From Trichoplax sp. H2 (Eukaryota), in NCBI GenBank assembly GCA_003344405.1, contig NOWV01000001.1, forward strand, positions 1,240,001 through 1,304,000: a stretch of DNA of 64,000 nt, read 5' to 3'. Under the pieces are notes generated by a model. It searched no databases. It was not told the origin of the DNA and saw nothing but the letters and a program-made list of their open reading frames with translations. Below, in pieces: positions 27,681 through 43,179 of this stretch. Every line of letters starts with the position of its first letter. Position 1 is the stretch's first letter. The translations under genes were made by a program, and so were the position numbers.

Positions 27681-30600
27681 CATCTCCGACATTTAAGGCT
27701 GTTATTGTAAGGTAACGGTGAACATTCTATTTTTTCCTTATTACCACCAGGATTAGCGAGTGATATTAAGTTATCCTTGAGCCATCAATTAAATTTGTTA
27801 TTTCATTAATTTCTTATCGTTCTAAACAAGACAAAAGATAAAATGGAACCACTCGTTATTGCTGTTGGCTATCCTATTGATGTCAAAATAGAGTTAATGA
27901 ATCGATTAGAGACATCAATCATATTCCACTTACTTAATTAAGGCAATTACCATTGCAATATACACTTTTCTATCTTTAAAATACGAAACAACGCGATAAT
28001 TTGCAAAGTGATTTCTCTTCCTGATCAAATTATTGATCCATTCACGACTAGCGCTATAGAATAAACCTTTTTTCGTGGATTTCTATCGGTAGAGTAGAGC
28101 TTAAAATTGTGGATTCTATCCGCCTCGATACCTTCTATTCTATGCTTTGTCATTGTTTTATTTTAAATGTTGCTATTCAAATCCTATTTTGCAAACTAAC
28201 TTCCTTGCAATTATCTCCGACACTCTATAGTATTTCTTATTACGGATTAATCAAGAAAATAAAAAAGAATGTCGTAATCTTCTACTTATTACGCTTAGTA
28301 TTCTTTTCCACTTTTATTGACATCTTCCCCTTAGATTGATATCAGTTAAGATTTATATTTCAATGCAAAGGAATGATCAACATAGAAAGTGAATTTATTG
28401 AGTAATGAATAAGTAGCATCTACTGTTGATTTTTCTCTCCATGGATTTTCTTGCCATTCGCTAGAGTTATTCTAGAGTGGCTATCCAAGCTATACCTTGG
28501 ACAATCTATCTAATATCATTGGATAGGATAGTTATTGCTGTGATCCATATCCTTTCAGATTTGTTTCTACCCTTTTCCTTACCTTGACCAATAACGATAG
28601 GTTGAAAGATGCTTGCTGCAATCTTTCTCATCATGACGATGGCACCCTCTACCCCATCTCGTAGACTGATTTATTCCATTCCCTTACATCATTTCTGATT
28701 AATTTCTGTTTGTAGAATAAAAATAACCAAGCGTCATTTTTTACTATTTTTTCAATAGCGAAATCGATTTAATTATCATCAAGTTACTATTGGATAAAAT
28801 GATATTTTTTTCACTTGACTGGTTTCGTTTTATTGTCTTCCGTTGATCAAGAGAGTCGATTGACTATGATCAATTTGCATCAAATATGGAACAATAAGTA
28901 GCTTTCTTCTTTCTCGATTAAAACCGCATCAAGTAGAGCAAGCATCATTGATTGTTTGTTTGCTTAGATTGTATACTTATTCACATAGTTTACAGGCTTT
29001 GAAGGGAGCTTATTTAGATTAATTATTAACTAATTTTCAACGTCGTATCCACTTGAAATTTTTTTAAGCACGATCGTAAAATCTCAATAGTCCATTCATG
29101 CGAATACTTTCGATCTACCTTGGCTTTCTTCTTGTTTTTCTCCTCTCCTTTACCATTGCCTAGTATTCCTTTTATCCCATGTCCAGATAAGCGTCTTCAA
29201 AAACTATTGATCAGACTGTCGCAAGCTAAATAATTTGATCAACAACAACAACAGTGTGAGCAAATTTTATTTGATTTCATCATCCAAATATAATATATCT
29301 AGTGTAGAGCTGTGTAAATATTGACGCATTCCTCTTCGACATTGCTTTTATTGGATCTATATCACGCGTAAGAAAGCCTTAACTAAATGTAAGAAGTATC
29401 AATATGAATATCATGATCGATCAAGCATTTACAATCAGCTTGATTAACACTATTTTTTTTTTTCTCATGCTAACTCTAAGTAAAGACAATAAACTTATTT
29501 AGGGAAAATTGAATTCGGAAATTGAAATTTTTTTGAAACGTTTATTGTAATGTTTAGGTTATCTTGACGAATTAAATAACCAATTCAACAACTTTCTTTG
29601 TCATCCGTTTGATATTACGGAAGTAAGTAAAAGATTTTCCTGTCATTTATTCCTTTGATATCAGTATTCAGTTGCCATAGAAAGAAGATTTTATAGCCTT
29701 AGACTGTACCAAAAGCGATAACTTCCTTTGCACTTCTCTTTCATACTGGGAAAAAAATTTTTTTATAGTTGAATTATTGTACTAATTTTGAACTTATCCC
29801 TCCAATCAATTTATTAGAGTATTCAAGTGCAAGGTTGCCAAAAAAAACGAAGTACGTAGACCATCACTTGTCAGTTGACATTAAAAAGAAGAGAAAGAAA
29901 ATATTTGCAATTCCTAGCCATAGGTATGTATTGATTAGCGATGTCAAAATTATGGTGTTAGTTTTACAATATATCCTTCTATCACGGTCATTCAGTTCCA
30001 TTCCATCTTGCCGAAGATAAATTATCATCGCAGGTGGCTTCTATCTGTAGTCTGACCACCCTGAGTTTTTTCGACGAGCTTTGTTTTATCGATACAATTT
30101 TATTGATGATATTTTGATTATTGGACCAATCCCAAATTAACTCATGTTGTTATTTTTTTGACAGTGTTTAGTTTATGAGTGGTAATATTGCCTAACGTGA
30201 TTATTATATGGATCACCTCATCGGAGTACTGCTGAGTTTATTGACGTTTTAAGCCAATCTTAGCCCTTGACTGTTTGGATTTCGGTCCCTTTAAGCTCCA
30301 TTCGCTATCGCCATACATTCTTACACTTTGATCATTTACTTGGATTATTCAATTGCTATCCAAATTATCAACGCAATAAGCACGTGCATCAACAAAACTA
30401 ATTCAAATAAGGCAATCCGCTAATATAAATAATAATTTGCAAAGAAAGCTCGACATTTTCCTTTATAGTCTATGTACCTTTTTTGAAAGTGATCAAAACA
30501 GTTTTAATTTTTTATTATCAAGAAAGAGTCAAATTTGCATCGCTTTCAATATCTACAACTATTTAAGCTAAGAAATCTGAAGAAAGGTTTGGATTCCCTT

Positions 30601-30801
30601 CGGACTAACGAATTAAAAGTCCAATATTTGAAATCAAGAATAATCTCTTAATTCGTCAATCGAGCGATAGAAAGCCGCCAAATTCAACCTCGATAATAGT
30701 ACACTACTTTGATCCAAATTGTAACTCAAATCAACCACCATTTTCATATTATTTTTAACAACATTTATTCTCCTCTTTCCAACAACTTACTCCAAATCGA
30801 C

Positions 30802-32373
30802 ATGGCAAATCATACATCCATCAAACGTAAACGTGATGATCATCATCAGGATGAATTGATAGATAAAAGCAAGGATAATAGCAATAATAACAATCATCAT
30901 GATGTGAAAAATTTACATGATGGTTCAAGAGATTGTAACAAGGAAAATAATCATTTGAAGTTAGTAGTCAATGGTCATACAAGAAAGAGTTTAAAATCCA
31001 GTCATAAATATGCTAGTCGAGGCGAACAAGAAGAGGATTATCATGATACTCATGAAGGTAATGATCATGACATGGAAGAAAACAACATCAGCATTGATAT
31101 GAATCCTTATCATCATCATCAACATTCTATTAAAAAGGAAAAGGCGATCAATAACGATAAATTAAATGCTAATGTCGACCATAAAGGGTTACCAACATCG
31201 TATGCTGATGGCAATAATGATGAAGAAGATGACGAAGATGATCGTTGTCATCATGATCTTGACCATAAAGACGACGATATGGATGATTTATCTCAATGTC
31301 AAGATTTAGATGATCAAACTCAAGGTGGACATAAAAAGCTACAAAAGCATAACTTAGTTAAGCCACCCTATTCTTACATTGCATTAATTACTATGGCAAT
31401 CCTTCAATCACCCCAAAAACGCTTAACCTTAAGTGGTATATGTGAATTTATTATGAGCCGTTTTCCCTTTTACCGCGAAAAATTTCCCATATGGCAAAAT
31501 TCCATACGACATAATCTATCGTTAAATGATTGTTTCGTCAAGATACCGCGCGAACCTGGCAATCCAGGCAAAGGAAATTATTGGACTCTCGATCCTGCCA
31601 GTGAAGACATGTTTGAGAATGGCAGTTTTCTACGACGTCGTAAACGATTTAAACGACAGGCATCGTCCAACGAATTAGCCGCCTATAATATTGCTGCACC
31701 TCCCTATCATCCACATCATCCACATCATCCACATCATCCTCATCCACCTAATCCATCCACTTTAAGCGCTTTTAATCCAATTGCCACACCACCTTATTTA
31801 CCTAGAGCAGCCACGGCAGCTATGGTAGGCGCAGCTCATGCATCTTTAACACCTATTGCAACATCCGCAATGGCAGCCCAAGTAGCGCCGCCATCAGCAG
31901 CAACTATAGTTCAAGCAACACCAATGCTCAATCCATCCATGTTAGCTGCAGCACCAATGTCATCTAAAGCGAAAGAATTACTCAATTCAGCTTATGCTCA
32001 GGGTCAACAAGGCAATCTTGATGCTACCAAACAACAAGGATCATCATCGCCCTCATCCAAAGATTTCTCCATTGAAAATTTAATTAGTACTGACAAGAAA
32101 AATCAATTTCAAGACGATATTAAAGCATCACCAATCCCTTATAGCATGAAAACATCATCGACCATGACACCGGTATTTCAGGCTATGTATGGCCAGCAAC
32201 AAGCTCTTCCAACTTCAGCATTCCATAATCAATCTTTAATTCGATCTGTTGTTCCTCCCACACCATACTTAACTTCAGCAGTCATGCATATAGATCCCAG
32301 TAAGCAATTTGCCGCATCACCTTACATGCCTTGTCCACCTTACCATTTAGCCATGGCTAATGGATGGCGTTAA
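30802..32373 (+). CDS. FoxD: Forkhead box D transcription factor, single coding exon, 523 aa
   Basis: First ATG at 30802 within the 30709-32373 ORF. Forkhead domain (~31357-31656) [100 protein letters not shown] is class D. An eh1 motif FSIENLI lies at 32065-32085. Confidence 0.96.
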   Translation: MANHTSIKRKRDDHHQDELIDKSKDNSNNNNHHDVKNLHDGSRDCNKENNHLKLVVNGHTRKSLKSSHKYASRGEQEEDYHDTHEGNDHDMEENNISIDMNPYHHHQHSIKKEKAINNDKLNANVDHKGLPTSYADGNNDEEDDEDDRCHHDLDHKDDDMDDLSQCQDLDDQTQGGHKKLQKHNLVKPPYSYIALITMAILQSPQKRLTLSGICEFIMSRFPFYREKFPIWQNSIRHNLSLNDCFVKIPREPGNPGKGNYWTLDPASEDMFENGSFLRRRKRFKRQASSNELAAYNIAAPPYHPHHPHHPHHPHPPNPSTLSAFNPIATPPYLPRAATAAMVGAAHASLTPIATSAMAAQVAPPSAATIVQATPMLNPSMLAAAPMSSKAKELLNSAYAQGQQGNLDATKQQGSSSPSSKDFSIENLISTDKKNQFQDDIKASPIPYSMKTSSTMTPVFQAMYGQQQALPTSAFHNQSLIRSVVPPTPYLTSAVMHIDPSKQFAASPYMPCPPYHLAMANGWR

Positions 32374-32792
32374 TTAAAAAAATATCACAACGTGCAAGTA
32401 GCGATTGGCTAATCTAATATTCTGTTGCAGTGCTTTAACCGTACAAGGTGATAAAATGGTCCTTACATTTTTTCTGTTTTTTTTAACCTAGTAATTATTA
32501 TTTACGGATGATATTTCTCTCCCATGTGAAAGTAGAGATAAAGGAGAATGAGTATTTTGAAATTGACGAAATGTTCGTTGAATAGTATTCTGAAATTTTT
32601 CCTATAGTGTAGTCTGTCCCCACTATTCTCTCAGTCTTTTTCCTTTTTGAAGCATAAGTATAACTGTAATGATCGATAATAATATTGATCAGAGTTTATA
32701 ATTTGTATGCGAATATTATCTATCCTATAATGCAATTATCTGTTTATCCTTATATCATATCTATCGCAATATTTAAGTGCAGATATATCTAT

Positions 32793-32818
32793 TATATATA
32801 TATATATATATATATATG
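32793..32818. repeat. (TA)n microsatellite
   Basis: Direct TA run in the FoxD 3' region. Confidence 0.9.
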
Positions 32819-33489
32819 TATTAAAATATAAAAATATGCATATATGCGTACGTTACAAGATCACTCAGTCCGTAATATATATGCACATATAGGTATCAGT
32901 TTTATGTGCTTGTAGTCTTGGATTCAAAAAAGTTCAATACAATATTAAAAGTGGATTGATATAGTCCAGTTTTCATTTTTTTTATAGATAGAATACAACA
33001 GAAATTAGATAGTAGACAAGAGCTAAGTTATATGTCTAATGATCACGATGATTGGATTTAGATTCAATTTAAAAAGATGTATTTTCTCCCTATGTGTTGA
33101 AATGAATATCCTGACGGCATCAGTTATTTGTATATATATATATATCTAGTTCATTATCTCTGTAAAAAGTCAATAGAAAATCTAGTTAGGGATAGATATC
33201 TATGTGGATGTATCAGTGGGTGTTGTACATGCGTCTTGATTATACGGAATTGATAGAGATTTATAGATCAACTAGTTGGAAAAATAATTTTTTAAAGATA
33301 ATATCTTTCATCAACATGAATTTGCCTAAAAAAATGTAATTCTACCAATATTATCAAGTATTACAACATAACATAAAAGTTGTTCATATATTCATATTAG
33401 CAGTAAAAATCATGTTGGCTATGATTAACCTAGCTAATGTATTATTACTATCATTCTTATTACCTTAATGATCATTATCATCTCTCCTA

Positions 33490-33582
33490 TTATATTATAT
33501 TATATTATTATTATTATTGTTACTGCTACAACTATAATAACCAATATTATTATCACTCTTCCTCCTATTGAAGTAAGTTAAA

Positions 33583-33628
<46 letters not shown>

Positions 33629-33800
33629 GCATTATTATTATTATTACTATTATTCTTATTAATATTATTATTATTATTATTATTACTAATTACTATTATA
33701 ATTATTATTCTTGTTCCTACTATTCTTATCTTCATGATTATTATCATCATCATTATCACCAAAGTTCTTATTATCATCTTCATTATTATCATCGTCATTA
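33490..33800. repeat. (ATT)n / (ATC)n microsatellite and low-complexity tract
   Basis: Long ATT run ~33584-33690 with degenerate flanks. It explains the poly-Asn ORF 33565-33798. Confidence 0.9.
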
Positions 33801-36800
33801 TTTATACTGTATTAGTATCATCAGCATCATCAATATTCTCATTATTCAGCTAGCCGATTACATAATCGGACTTTTTTCAAATATTGAACCTCCATATCTA
33901 TGCTGCTCTATACTTTAATATCCATCTACTGTACTTACTTAGCAATCCTATATTGGTCAAATTTTTTACATGCAGTACTGTTCATTTCAGTGTATTTTCT
34001 TTCATGTTATGATGATATTATCTTTCAGGTTAATATTTTATTACAATCTGTACGCTTTTCTTTTCCTCTTTATTATCAATAAAATACTAATTCTGTCGTA
34101 AACTGTTGATAACGATTCAAAACATTTTTATAAATTATTAACGTCATTACCAGTGGAGAAGCTATTTCAACATTCATTGAAAGTTTATTGCGATTTCACA
34201 CAAACCTTACTAAATTGGCTACAGTAATAACACGATACTCCTGACTAGGAGTTAGAATAGGCAAGAAAAATGTCATAACCGTTATTACAATGGCTTTCTT
34301 AGTTTGATCATAACTTCTGAATAAAGAAGCTATGAAATGAAATACTTCTATACCATAACAGAGGATTTCATCCTTACTGTATGTACTTATTCACCGCACA
34401 ATACATGTGAGATTATTGAATATAGATAATCAATTATTTCTTGACTTCTACATCTTATTTCAATATTGCAGCTTATTGAATTTTACTTGGTTGGCAGCTA
34501 ACAAGAAAATGTTATTACACAGATACAATATATTATTTAGAATATCAGCCACCATGAGTCAATTTTTTTAATTCAAAAAATGGAATAAATTCATCATCAA
34601 TACCATATGACTCGAGCTGAAGTTTATGTGGGCTAGTACAAAATAAATTATCCACTAAGTAAGTAGTATTAGGGTATGTTAAATTACAATTGCTGCAATA
34701 CTAGCGATTTCCTATTTAATCTTAGTTATATTTATCACCACATTTTCGAAAATTTAGCGATGATGCTAAATCATATTCGTAACACAAAGACGTTTACCAA
34801 TTTCCAATATGGCTGTATAGGTAATCCTTTCAATACAGAAAAATTGATTGCATCTTAATAACTGATTTAAATTATTAGTAACGTAATGTTGACTGTATTG
34901 CATTTTCGAAATTCAAATTATATGCTTAGACGACAATTTACGAGATCATAACTAATTATTCACATGTCCATATCATAAATATATGTTCAAATACTATTTG
35001 CCGGTTTATTCTATATAAAACTATTCACTCATATACTGTAATAGAAGTACAGTAATACAAACTAGTATTCCCGAAACAACTATACTTTATTATCAGCATG
35101 TAAGGAAAGATTATCATCAAGCAAAGATGTTATTTTATTTTAAGTATCAGTTTATTAGCGTTAATATTTTACGATTTTATCGCGTCCGTTATATATATTA
35201 ATTAATAGATTGAATTAAATATTTTCAATTCCGGTCGATATTTAAGGTATCGCATGTAAGGGAAGTATCATTCTATTAATAGCACACTTTCAGGAAATCT
35301 ATTCCGTTAAAATTGAATTATTTTTTCCATTACTGAACTATAACAATTCTATCTCATTATCCAAACAAAACTTTCAATCATTTTCAACTTTCTTTTCAGA
35401 AAGCGCGAGAATTATGATAACTTTATGTTACTTTCCGGGCTTGGAATTGTTTAATATTAAATAACCCAATCATGTATTCTTTAGTAAATATTCGAGGTGG
35501 TAACTAATTTAATGAACTTTTAGTAGATTCATCAATTTTGTAAATTATGGCATTGGTTCTATTTAAGATGATATTAATAAATTATAATGCCTTCTAGTTG
35601 TGCAAAATAAACGGATATCCGATAGAGATTAATTATACAAACATTTTATTGTAGCAAATAACCATGCGTAAAATAAAACTCTGCTATCTAAACTGACCAT
35701 TGTAAAATTAAGCGAAAACAGTCGAATGAGGTCAATCTAGTTCTTAGCTTATGTTGTTAAGTAGTACAATCTTAGTTTGTTCATTTTAATACAAAATTAG
35801 CAAAGTCTTAATCCTGGGTGGAAGAGTAGAAACTTTTCAACTGTTTTTTATATTTCTAAATATGCATATTTCAAATAGCGTATTTTTTCACTGCAAGAGT
35901 AGGATCTTGATGCTTTATCATTTATTAATTAGGTGGTTCGTGGTAAGGCTATACAAGCAAATAAGAAAGCTAGCAGGGTTTTAAATATATTTATTCTATA
36001 GAATAAAGACCTTTTGTACCTTATTAATAGCGCTTTCAATGGGATGTTATCAGTATGATATTATTCGTGCTGATATTAGCCTCTCAGTCAACTTCGTTTC
36101 ATATCAGTCTACATCCTCTTATCTTGTGTAGGTTCATATGATCAGAAATGAACACTAGTGGGAATACACGCTTCAGTGGTTTTAATTTGGAAATAAATCT
36201 CTACGTATACTTAAATCTTTAGTGTGCTGCATCATAGTCTTTAGAGAGAAATTGATCAGATGTATTCGTAGAGCATTAAAAGAAGATCCAATTTTTAAAC
36301 CACTTTGGGATAAAATTTGTTTGATTAACATAGCCATGAATTACTAAAGGAAGACCTAGACCTTCTTCAAATAGTTCATGCTGTAGCTGGGTACTACAAA
36401 TAGCTACGATATCATATTAGCATAATAGTGAATAACAATGAGTCATGATTTCCCTGTGATTATTTTTTTATCTTTTAGTTCGTAAAATTTAATAGATTAT
36501 TTACTGCGATATTTCGACAGGAAATAGTTACCAGTGAATTATTGGCAAATACAGAAATATTTAGAGAATGTTATTTTGGGTGCCACTACGCCAATCATCT
36601 TAACAAAGAAAGCAATAACGTTATGCATAATCGTAATTATAGTGAACGAGTTCTCTATAAATTAAAAATTCCAGAGCATAAAACTAATCACATCGAACAT
36701 AGTAGTGGTTATGATAAAGAGGGATCTCATACATCGAAAGCTCCAGATCAAATAAAGTGGTTACACTTTGTGATATAGCTCTCGTGTAGCAGCAATTTTA

Positions 36801-39800
36801 ATTGCGCTATATTTAATCTCTTAATATCGAGAAATTGTCAAGAAATCTATATTATTTGTACTATACTGTTTATATATGACGTGCTATTTTGTTGAACTGC
36901 TTGACAATTTAGGATCTAACTACTGACAGTTATGCAGTTAGCACTAAAGTAGATAGATGCTTAACAAACTCTAGATTGTCTAAACTGGAAAATTCTCTTT
37001 ATTCAAATTAATGTATCTATAGGAATAGCTAAGTAGGCAGTACTTACGTATCATTACTCATACAGCATGAAATTTCTTTACAGATAAAGCAATCACTAAA
37101 TTCGCATGATTAGGAACGAACATGGCTAATTGTGATACTTGGATATTTGTTACATTAGCAAAATCGGCAACTCTGGCATCAATATAATTCATTTTTTTCA
37201 CCTCTTTTAAAGATGATGCACTCGTAGAGGCACTTTTAACTCAATTCTAATTCTTTTGGTGGTCGAAATTCTAGAGACATCTTTATTTACAGTTAAAATA
37301 TGACTATCAATGACTAAAATATATAGTTCTATCATATCTATTTAGTGGCTACACAACAGTACTAGTAAGTTATGCAGTCTGGCTCTTGAATTGATTTTAG
37401 AATCAATTATGCAGACGACAGAGCAACAGCTTAATATTAAGGTAATTACACAATCACAATTAGTATTGAATCTATCATGCAGTAGCCATCATTTCATAAT
37501 AAATATTCGATAGGAATCAATAACATGTAGACTAACATATTTATACTTTGTAGTTTGTACATAAATTAAAAATTTAATTGTTGCGAATTGTCATGGAAAT
37601 GCACTACTATACGTTATTTTTAGATTGTGGAGTACACTGTACACAGAATTTATATTACAGTCAGATATTTAAACTAGTCAAAAATTCAATTTTCTTTAGA
37701 ACTGAACCTTTTTTCACTTTATATTTAAATGTTTTATTATCCATTGCAATAAATATTAGATGGAATTTATTAATTCGCATAATACTGTACTTTTAGGCCA
37801 GGTAATAAATGATATTGTAATAATACGTAGTCTTCTTTGATTCGTATTTTGAAAAGAAATAGTAACATCAAAGATGTCAGATAAATTTTCACTGTTGATT
37901 GCGCCAAATTGGCTGCTAATCGTAACTAAATTCTACTTCATGTCTTAATCTTTGGTAAATTTGCTAAATTTTGTAAGATTAAGCTATCTCAATCATTTGT
38001 CAGGACATTATTATTTCTAGTATCCTTTATGCAGTATCGCAGATGAGATAAGAATCGCATCGGTGAAATCTACATACGTTGTATTTATTGCAAAAATTAT
38101 TATTACGAATCTCGAGTGCACTTATAACTGTCGAATCCATGATCGCTTGATCGTTATTTTACTCTACGGTAGAAGTGTCAAAATTCTTTAAATCGACGCA
38201 ATAATAAAATCAAGATTGCTGTCATATAGTTATCTACACATATTTTAAAGCAAAAAATGAAATTGCCAATGTTTTACTACTTTAATTAACCACAATCACG
38301 AGCTATAGCAATGTTTTCCTTTACCGTATGACATAGCTCTTCTGTTAATCAAGATTTAATTTCTTTTATTCTATAGCAACGTCTAAGTGAGAAAAGGCAC
38401 CAGGTAATTACTGTTATAAGTGTTACGGAATATTTTCATATTTCTACACGTATGCTACCCTTATCAGAGTGATTAAAACTGTCGCGATAATTCATTAATG
38501 GGCATTCGAATAAAACTGAATTAAGTTAGTACAGCAATCGCTTTTGTTTATTTGCTGTTACAATTTTATAAATTGTCTATATACAGCTTAAGAAACGGAT
38601 TTATGATGAAAACGATCGATTAAATATAGTACAGGAGTGTTAGCACATTAGCTAGGAGATTCAATAAATTTTGGTGCTTTAACTACGGTATGATTTATAA
38701 TTACTTTTTCATCTTTTATTATATTTGATCATTTCCACATCGTAGTAATTTTCCCTCAACTGTATGAATCCTATTTGATTAATATACAATAACGGGAAAA
38801 ATTAAGACTTTAAGTCAAAAAATTTTTAGCAACTATTTATCTTCATCTTGAAGTCTAAAGGTCTTTTCTATTATTATAATTTTGATGATAACTTTTACCT
38901 ATTGATATTTAATAATACCTAGAATACATTTTATTATTAAAAAATAATCATCATGATAATAATGATATACAAGTAATTAAAGAATAATGAAAAATTTTCG
39001 AAAATTAGATAAATAATATCGGTTATACCGTAACTTTAGATTAATATAAATTACATCAACCGATTTCTAATGATTAATCATTTTCAACTTTTTTTACGAA
39101 TCAACGACGATCTAGAGTATAGAACAATGCAGGTATATCTTTATTAAAATTACCGGAATTTAGCACCTAAATAAAATGAAATAAATTTTAACTTTATAGA
39201 ATTATATTAATTTCTCTTCATTTCAAAGCTATAAAACTTCGGAAGAAATAGCCTTGATCCATTTACATCTCACCCTTGTATAATAAACCAACTTTATTTG
39301 TTCTCTAAAGTAAATGTAATGGTTAAAAAATAAGTCCATTGCTGAATTTATCTATTCTTTCTACAACTGTGCATAATTGATTAATAGGATAGACCTTATT
39401 GTCTACGATAAACTGGGGAGACTAACAAATTATAATTCACAAAAAACATTAATGTATGGATGTTAGGATTTAGAAAACTACAGATGTAGATCTCAGGCCT
39501 TTTCCTGGTGTTTTCTTATCATTATAATAATCGAGCTAATTTATTGCTTAAGGAGTATAATAGTTTAAAACGACTTCTTCTTTAGACTACTTTATTCCTA
39601 TCGTTAGTAGAAAAATGTAGTATACATAAATCGCACGTTAGTAATAACACCGGTAAAAGTATTTCGATCACGCACGATGGTAAGTGATAATTTTTCTCGA
39701 TGTATTGTTCAATCATGTAACAAAGTAGTAAAAATAATAAAAATAATCAATGTTACGGTATATTGTATAGTATATTTTAATGCTCCTTTGAGAACTAATC

Positions 39801-42800
39801 AACCTTGGTTAAAGCTGGTTACTATTTATGAAGCTGATATAGAACAGAGTCAGCAGACTAATTAGTAGTTCTAAGGGAATAAGATCGTGATTCAATTTGA
39901 ATTACTATTTAATATTTAATTATGTTTCTAATTATATCACAAAATACCAGATGGTATAAATTAAAATATGGTTAGGTGATCGAATAATTTTATGTTAAAG
40001 CTATTATTGAATGTAAAAAACAATCGCATAGAAAAGAGTTGAATTTAAATATTTATAGGTCTTACTGTATGCTAATATAATTGACTGCTCGACTATGCTT
40101 GTACTTATTCTTAGTAATATTACTTATAAAAAATCAAAAAATTAACATTCAAATAATACTATGTCAATACATTAATATTTTTATATATTTGATGAAACTT
40201 TATTCCTGTGTAATTCTAAAGTTTACTTGCTATCAACATTCTATGATAGGGTAACCATCAATTATAATGTACATTGTCATTGTATTGGTAGCGATCAATT
40301 AATAATTAAACCTCAAATGGTACGAGTGCTACGCTATTTTAACAATTTAAGACAATATAGTATGGACTAATTAATATAATTTACAAGTCCATTTATTTTT
40401 AAATTGTCCATTCCTTGCCGATTTGCATCGATAAGATTACGACTTAGATAACAATTAAGAACATCAATATAAGGCCTTTTTAGCCAAATTATTATTGTAA
40501 ATTACTTTTAGATAGAAAATAATTCGATTTTCTCTACCTTTTTTGCAAAAACATCATAATTAATAATTATATATATACGGTCACGTTCATATATACACAA
40601 ATAGAATATTCTGTCGTACAAACCGTAATCCGGTATTAATTCTTACCATTCTAATGTATGCGTATACTTGAGTTGCAAAATAGTTTTACATTATAATGTA
40701 TACAAGAATTTACTCTCAGACTAGGATAATTAATTAAGAAAATTAAAATAAGCTCTATATTCTCACATCTATTTCCGCTCTAGTCGTCAATCAAATAAAA
40801 CAGTTTGTTATCTTTTATTGATGATATTAAGGTCAAGAATTAGATAATGAATGATTTTCTCTAAAAGTCATGACATAGCTTAACAATATAGCGACTAACT
40901 TGTTTGTTAGGTTAAGAACTTTGTCTCCATTAACGTTGTTTTTGACTGTAATAATTTTAGATTAGTCTAGAGGTCAGTCAAATAGTAATTTCTGGCCTTG
41001 TCGGTATTGTATACTGCACACTAGAGGTCCGTCATATGCCATTTTTTCTGACTCTAATCTGGTCTAAAATATTTACATCAATTCCGCAATCCGAGCCGTT
41101 CATGACTAAGAAGCTAGGATTACCGTTTTGAATTTTTATCCGTAATGACCTGTTAACAAATCGTAGCTATATTTAGCCCTTACAGAAAAGCAATATTGTT
41201 GTCATTACTCTATACAAATATGATTGTGACATCCGTAGCTCAGGATATTTGAAAAGTACAATGTTGCTATGTGATAAACGAATTGATCGCAATACTTTCA
41301 AAGTGCAACATCTGTTTATATATGCGATGCAATACAACAGTATACAATTATTTTTCTACAGAATATAAGTGGTATCATTAATTATTGCTTTCTCTGTTAT
41401 ATAACACCTGCATTTAGTTTGTTATCTATCGTGCCGTGGAGACGTTAAGTTCTCTAGTCTATTTTATGCTGTAGTTTAATTCATTCACATAAACCAGGCC
41501 TTGGTGAACTCACTTAGAAGTATTTCTTTGCATAAATTATTACTAGCCTTTTATATCCATTTTACCCGTCTTCATTACACTGTTATTCAAAGAGGGCAAA
41601 AACTGTTGACAAAGAGCTCTTAAAATACGACATACATGTTTTTATACTAAATACAAAATTGTTCAATCGGTATAAAATGTAAGAGAAAATAGAAAATTGC
41701 CGAGTCATTCTTAGCTTTTACTTCGATAGGCCTAAAAAGTGCAATAAATACGCGTTGATCAGGTTCATTGCGTTACTATAACATAGCTATGCCGCCCCTA
41801 TAGCTACAATTATATAAATTGTATGCTGTTCTGTGATTTACAGTACACAAATTTCACGGACATATTACCTACATCAGCACCGTTCATTATCAAATGTTTT
41901 ACTACTTTTAGAGTCAGGCAAACACAACACGACATATTTATATCAAATTCTTGAATTTCAGTAACTTTGCAAAATGAGGATGTTTTGTACTTGACAGTAC
42001 TGTATTCACTACAATTGTGCAATATCCAATAGTTTATCTACGGCATAGTATTGCATAGCCCCATTGAGCTACAAACAAATATTAATTTCTACTGCCTATG
42101 CAAATGTAGATAGCAAGCTAATAAAAAAGAAAACTACTTTTGAATATGATTTTGCGCATCGATACTCTATAGAATTATAATTACGTTGACTCTAGATATG
42201 TGCCTGACGAATGGCTGATGAATGTTTGCACGACGGTAGCATCGTATGATCTGATCGTTGCAGTAGTTAAATAAAATGGATCACCTAGTTATTTTCATGT
42301 TGTTTACGTTATCTTATCCTATCCAGTGCGTTTGTGCTAAGTTAGTTTCTTCTATTGCTGTTGAAGCTATGTTTTAAAGTTCCTCTGTCTTGATTTCCTC
42401 TTGCAATATTACAGCGTTTCTGTGTATTGAGTTGATGCAGCTAATTGAGGTCTGACCATCTTGCTCTTCCTGTAATCTCTGACAAGAGTGCAGCCTGGCC
42501 TTACATTATGCATGTCTATGTATACATATACTGTATCTTGGTATATATGTACACGTATATATATATTCATATGTATAAGCGGCGTATACATAATGTACAC
42601 ATACGTATTGGTTGTAAAATTGTGCAACGTATCCAAAAGCTTTTAAATGGCTTCAACTGAAATTAACTAAATGCCATTAAATCAAGTTAAAGTTTATACC
42701 AGCCGAGAAATTAAGTATTGCTCTACAAGTAAAATAATATAGAACAAATTCTTGGCCAGATTTGCATTTCTATTACTATATTGTTAATGTCGAAGCTAGG

Positions 42801-43179
42801 GATTGGAAGCCCATTACACTATAGAATCAACCATAGTGATTAGAACTGAATAATCTGATATAAAGTCCCCGTGTTCTACCATTCTATAGTAAGTGCAGGT
42901 TGCAGCTTGTGCCATGTGATTATCTGAGGTATATTTTATATAGCTTGTATTTTATGCGTTAGCTTACGTACGCGCATGTTGTAGTCGATAGGGAACGAGT
43001 GAATACTAATGACAGAGCTAAATACGACATCATACTGTCTCCGTATAGCAATTGCCACTGAGTTTATTTATTTATTTTAGTTTTTTGTCATTTTAATGAC
43101 ACGCATAGTATTTAAAAAATTTTAAATATGTAATACTAGATCAGATTCTATGAAATGTATTTTAAGTTATTTAATTAAA

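Noticed and set aside
33565-33798. Poly-Asn/Ile ORF
   Set aside because: It is a translation of the (ATT)n microsatellite.
42853-42880. AAAGTCCCC resembling the RNase MRP P4 motif
   Set aside because: Lacks the GGAAAGUCCCC context, the complementary 3' P4 strand and a Pol III promoter or terminator.
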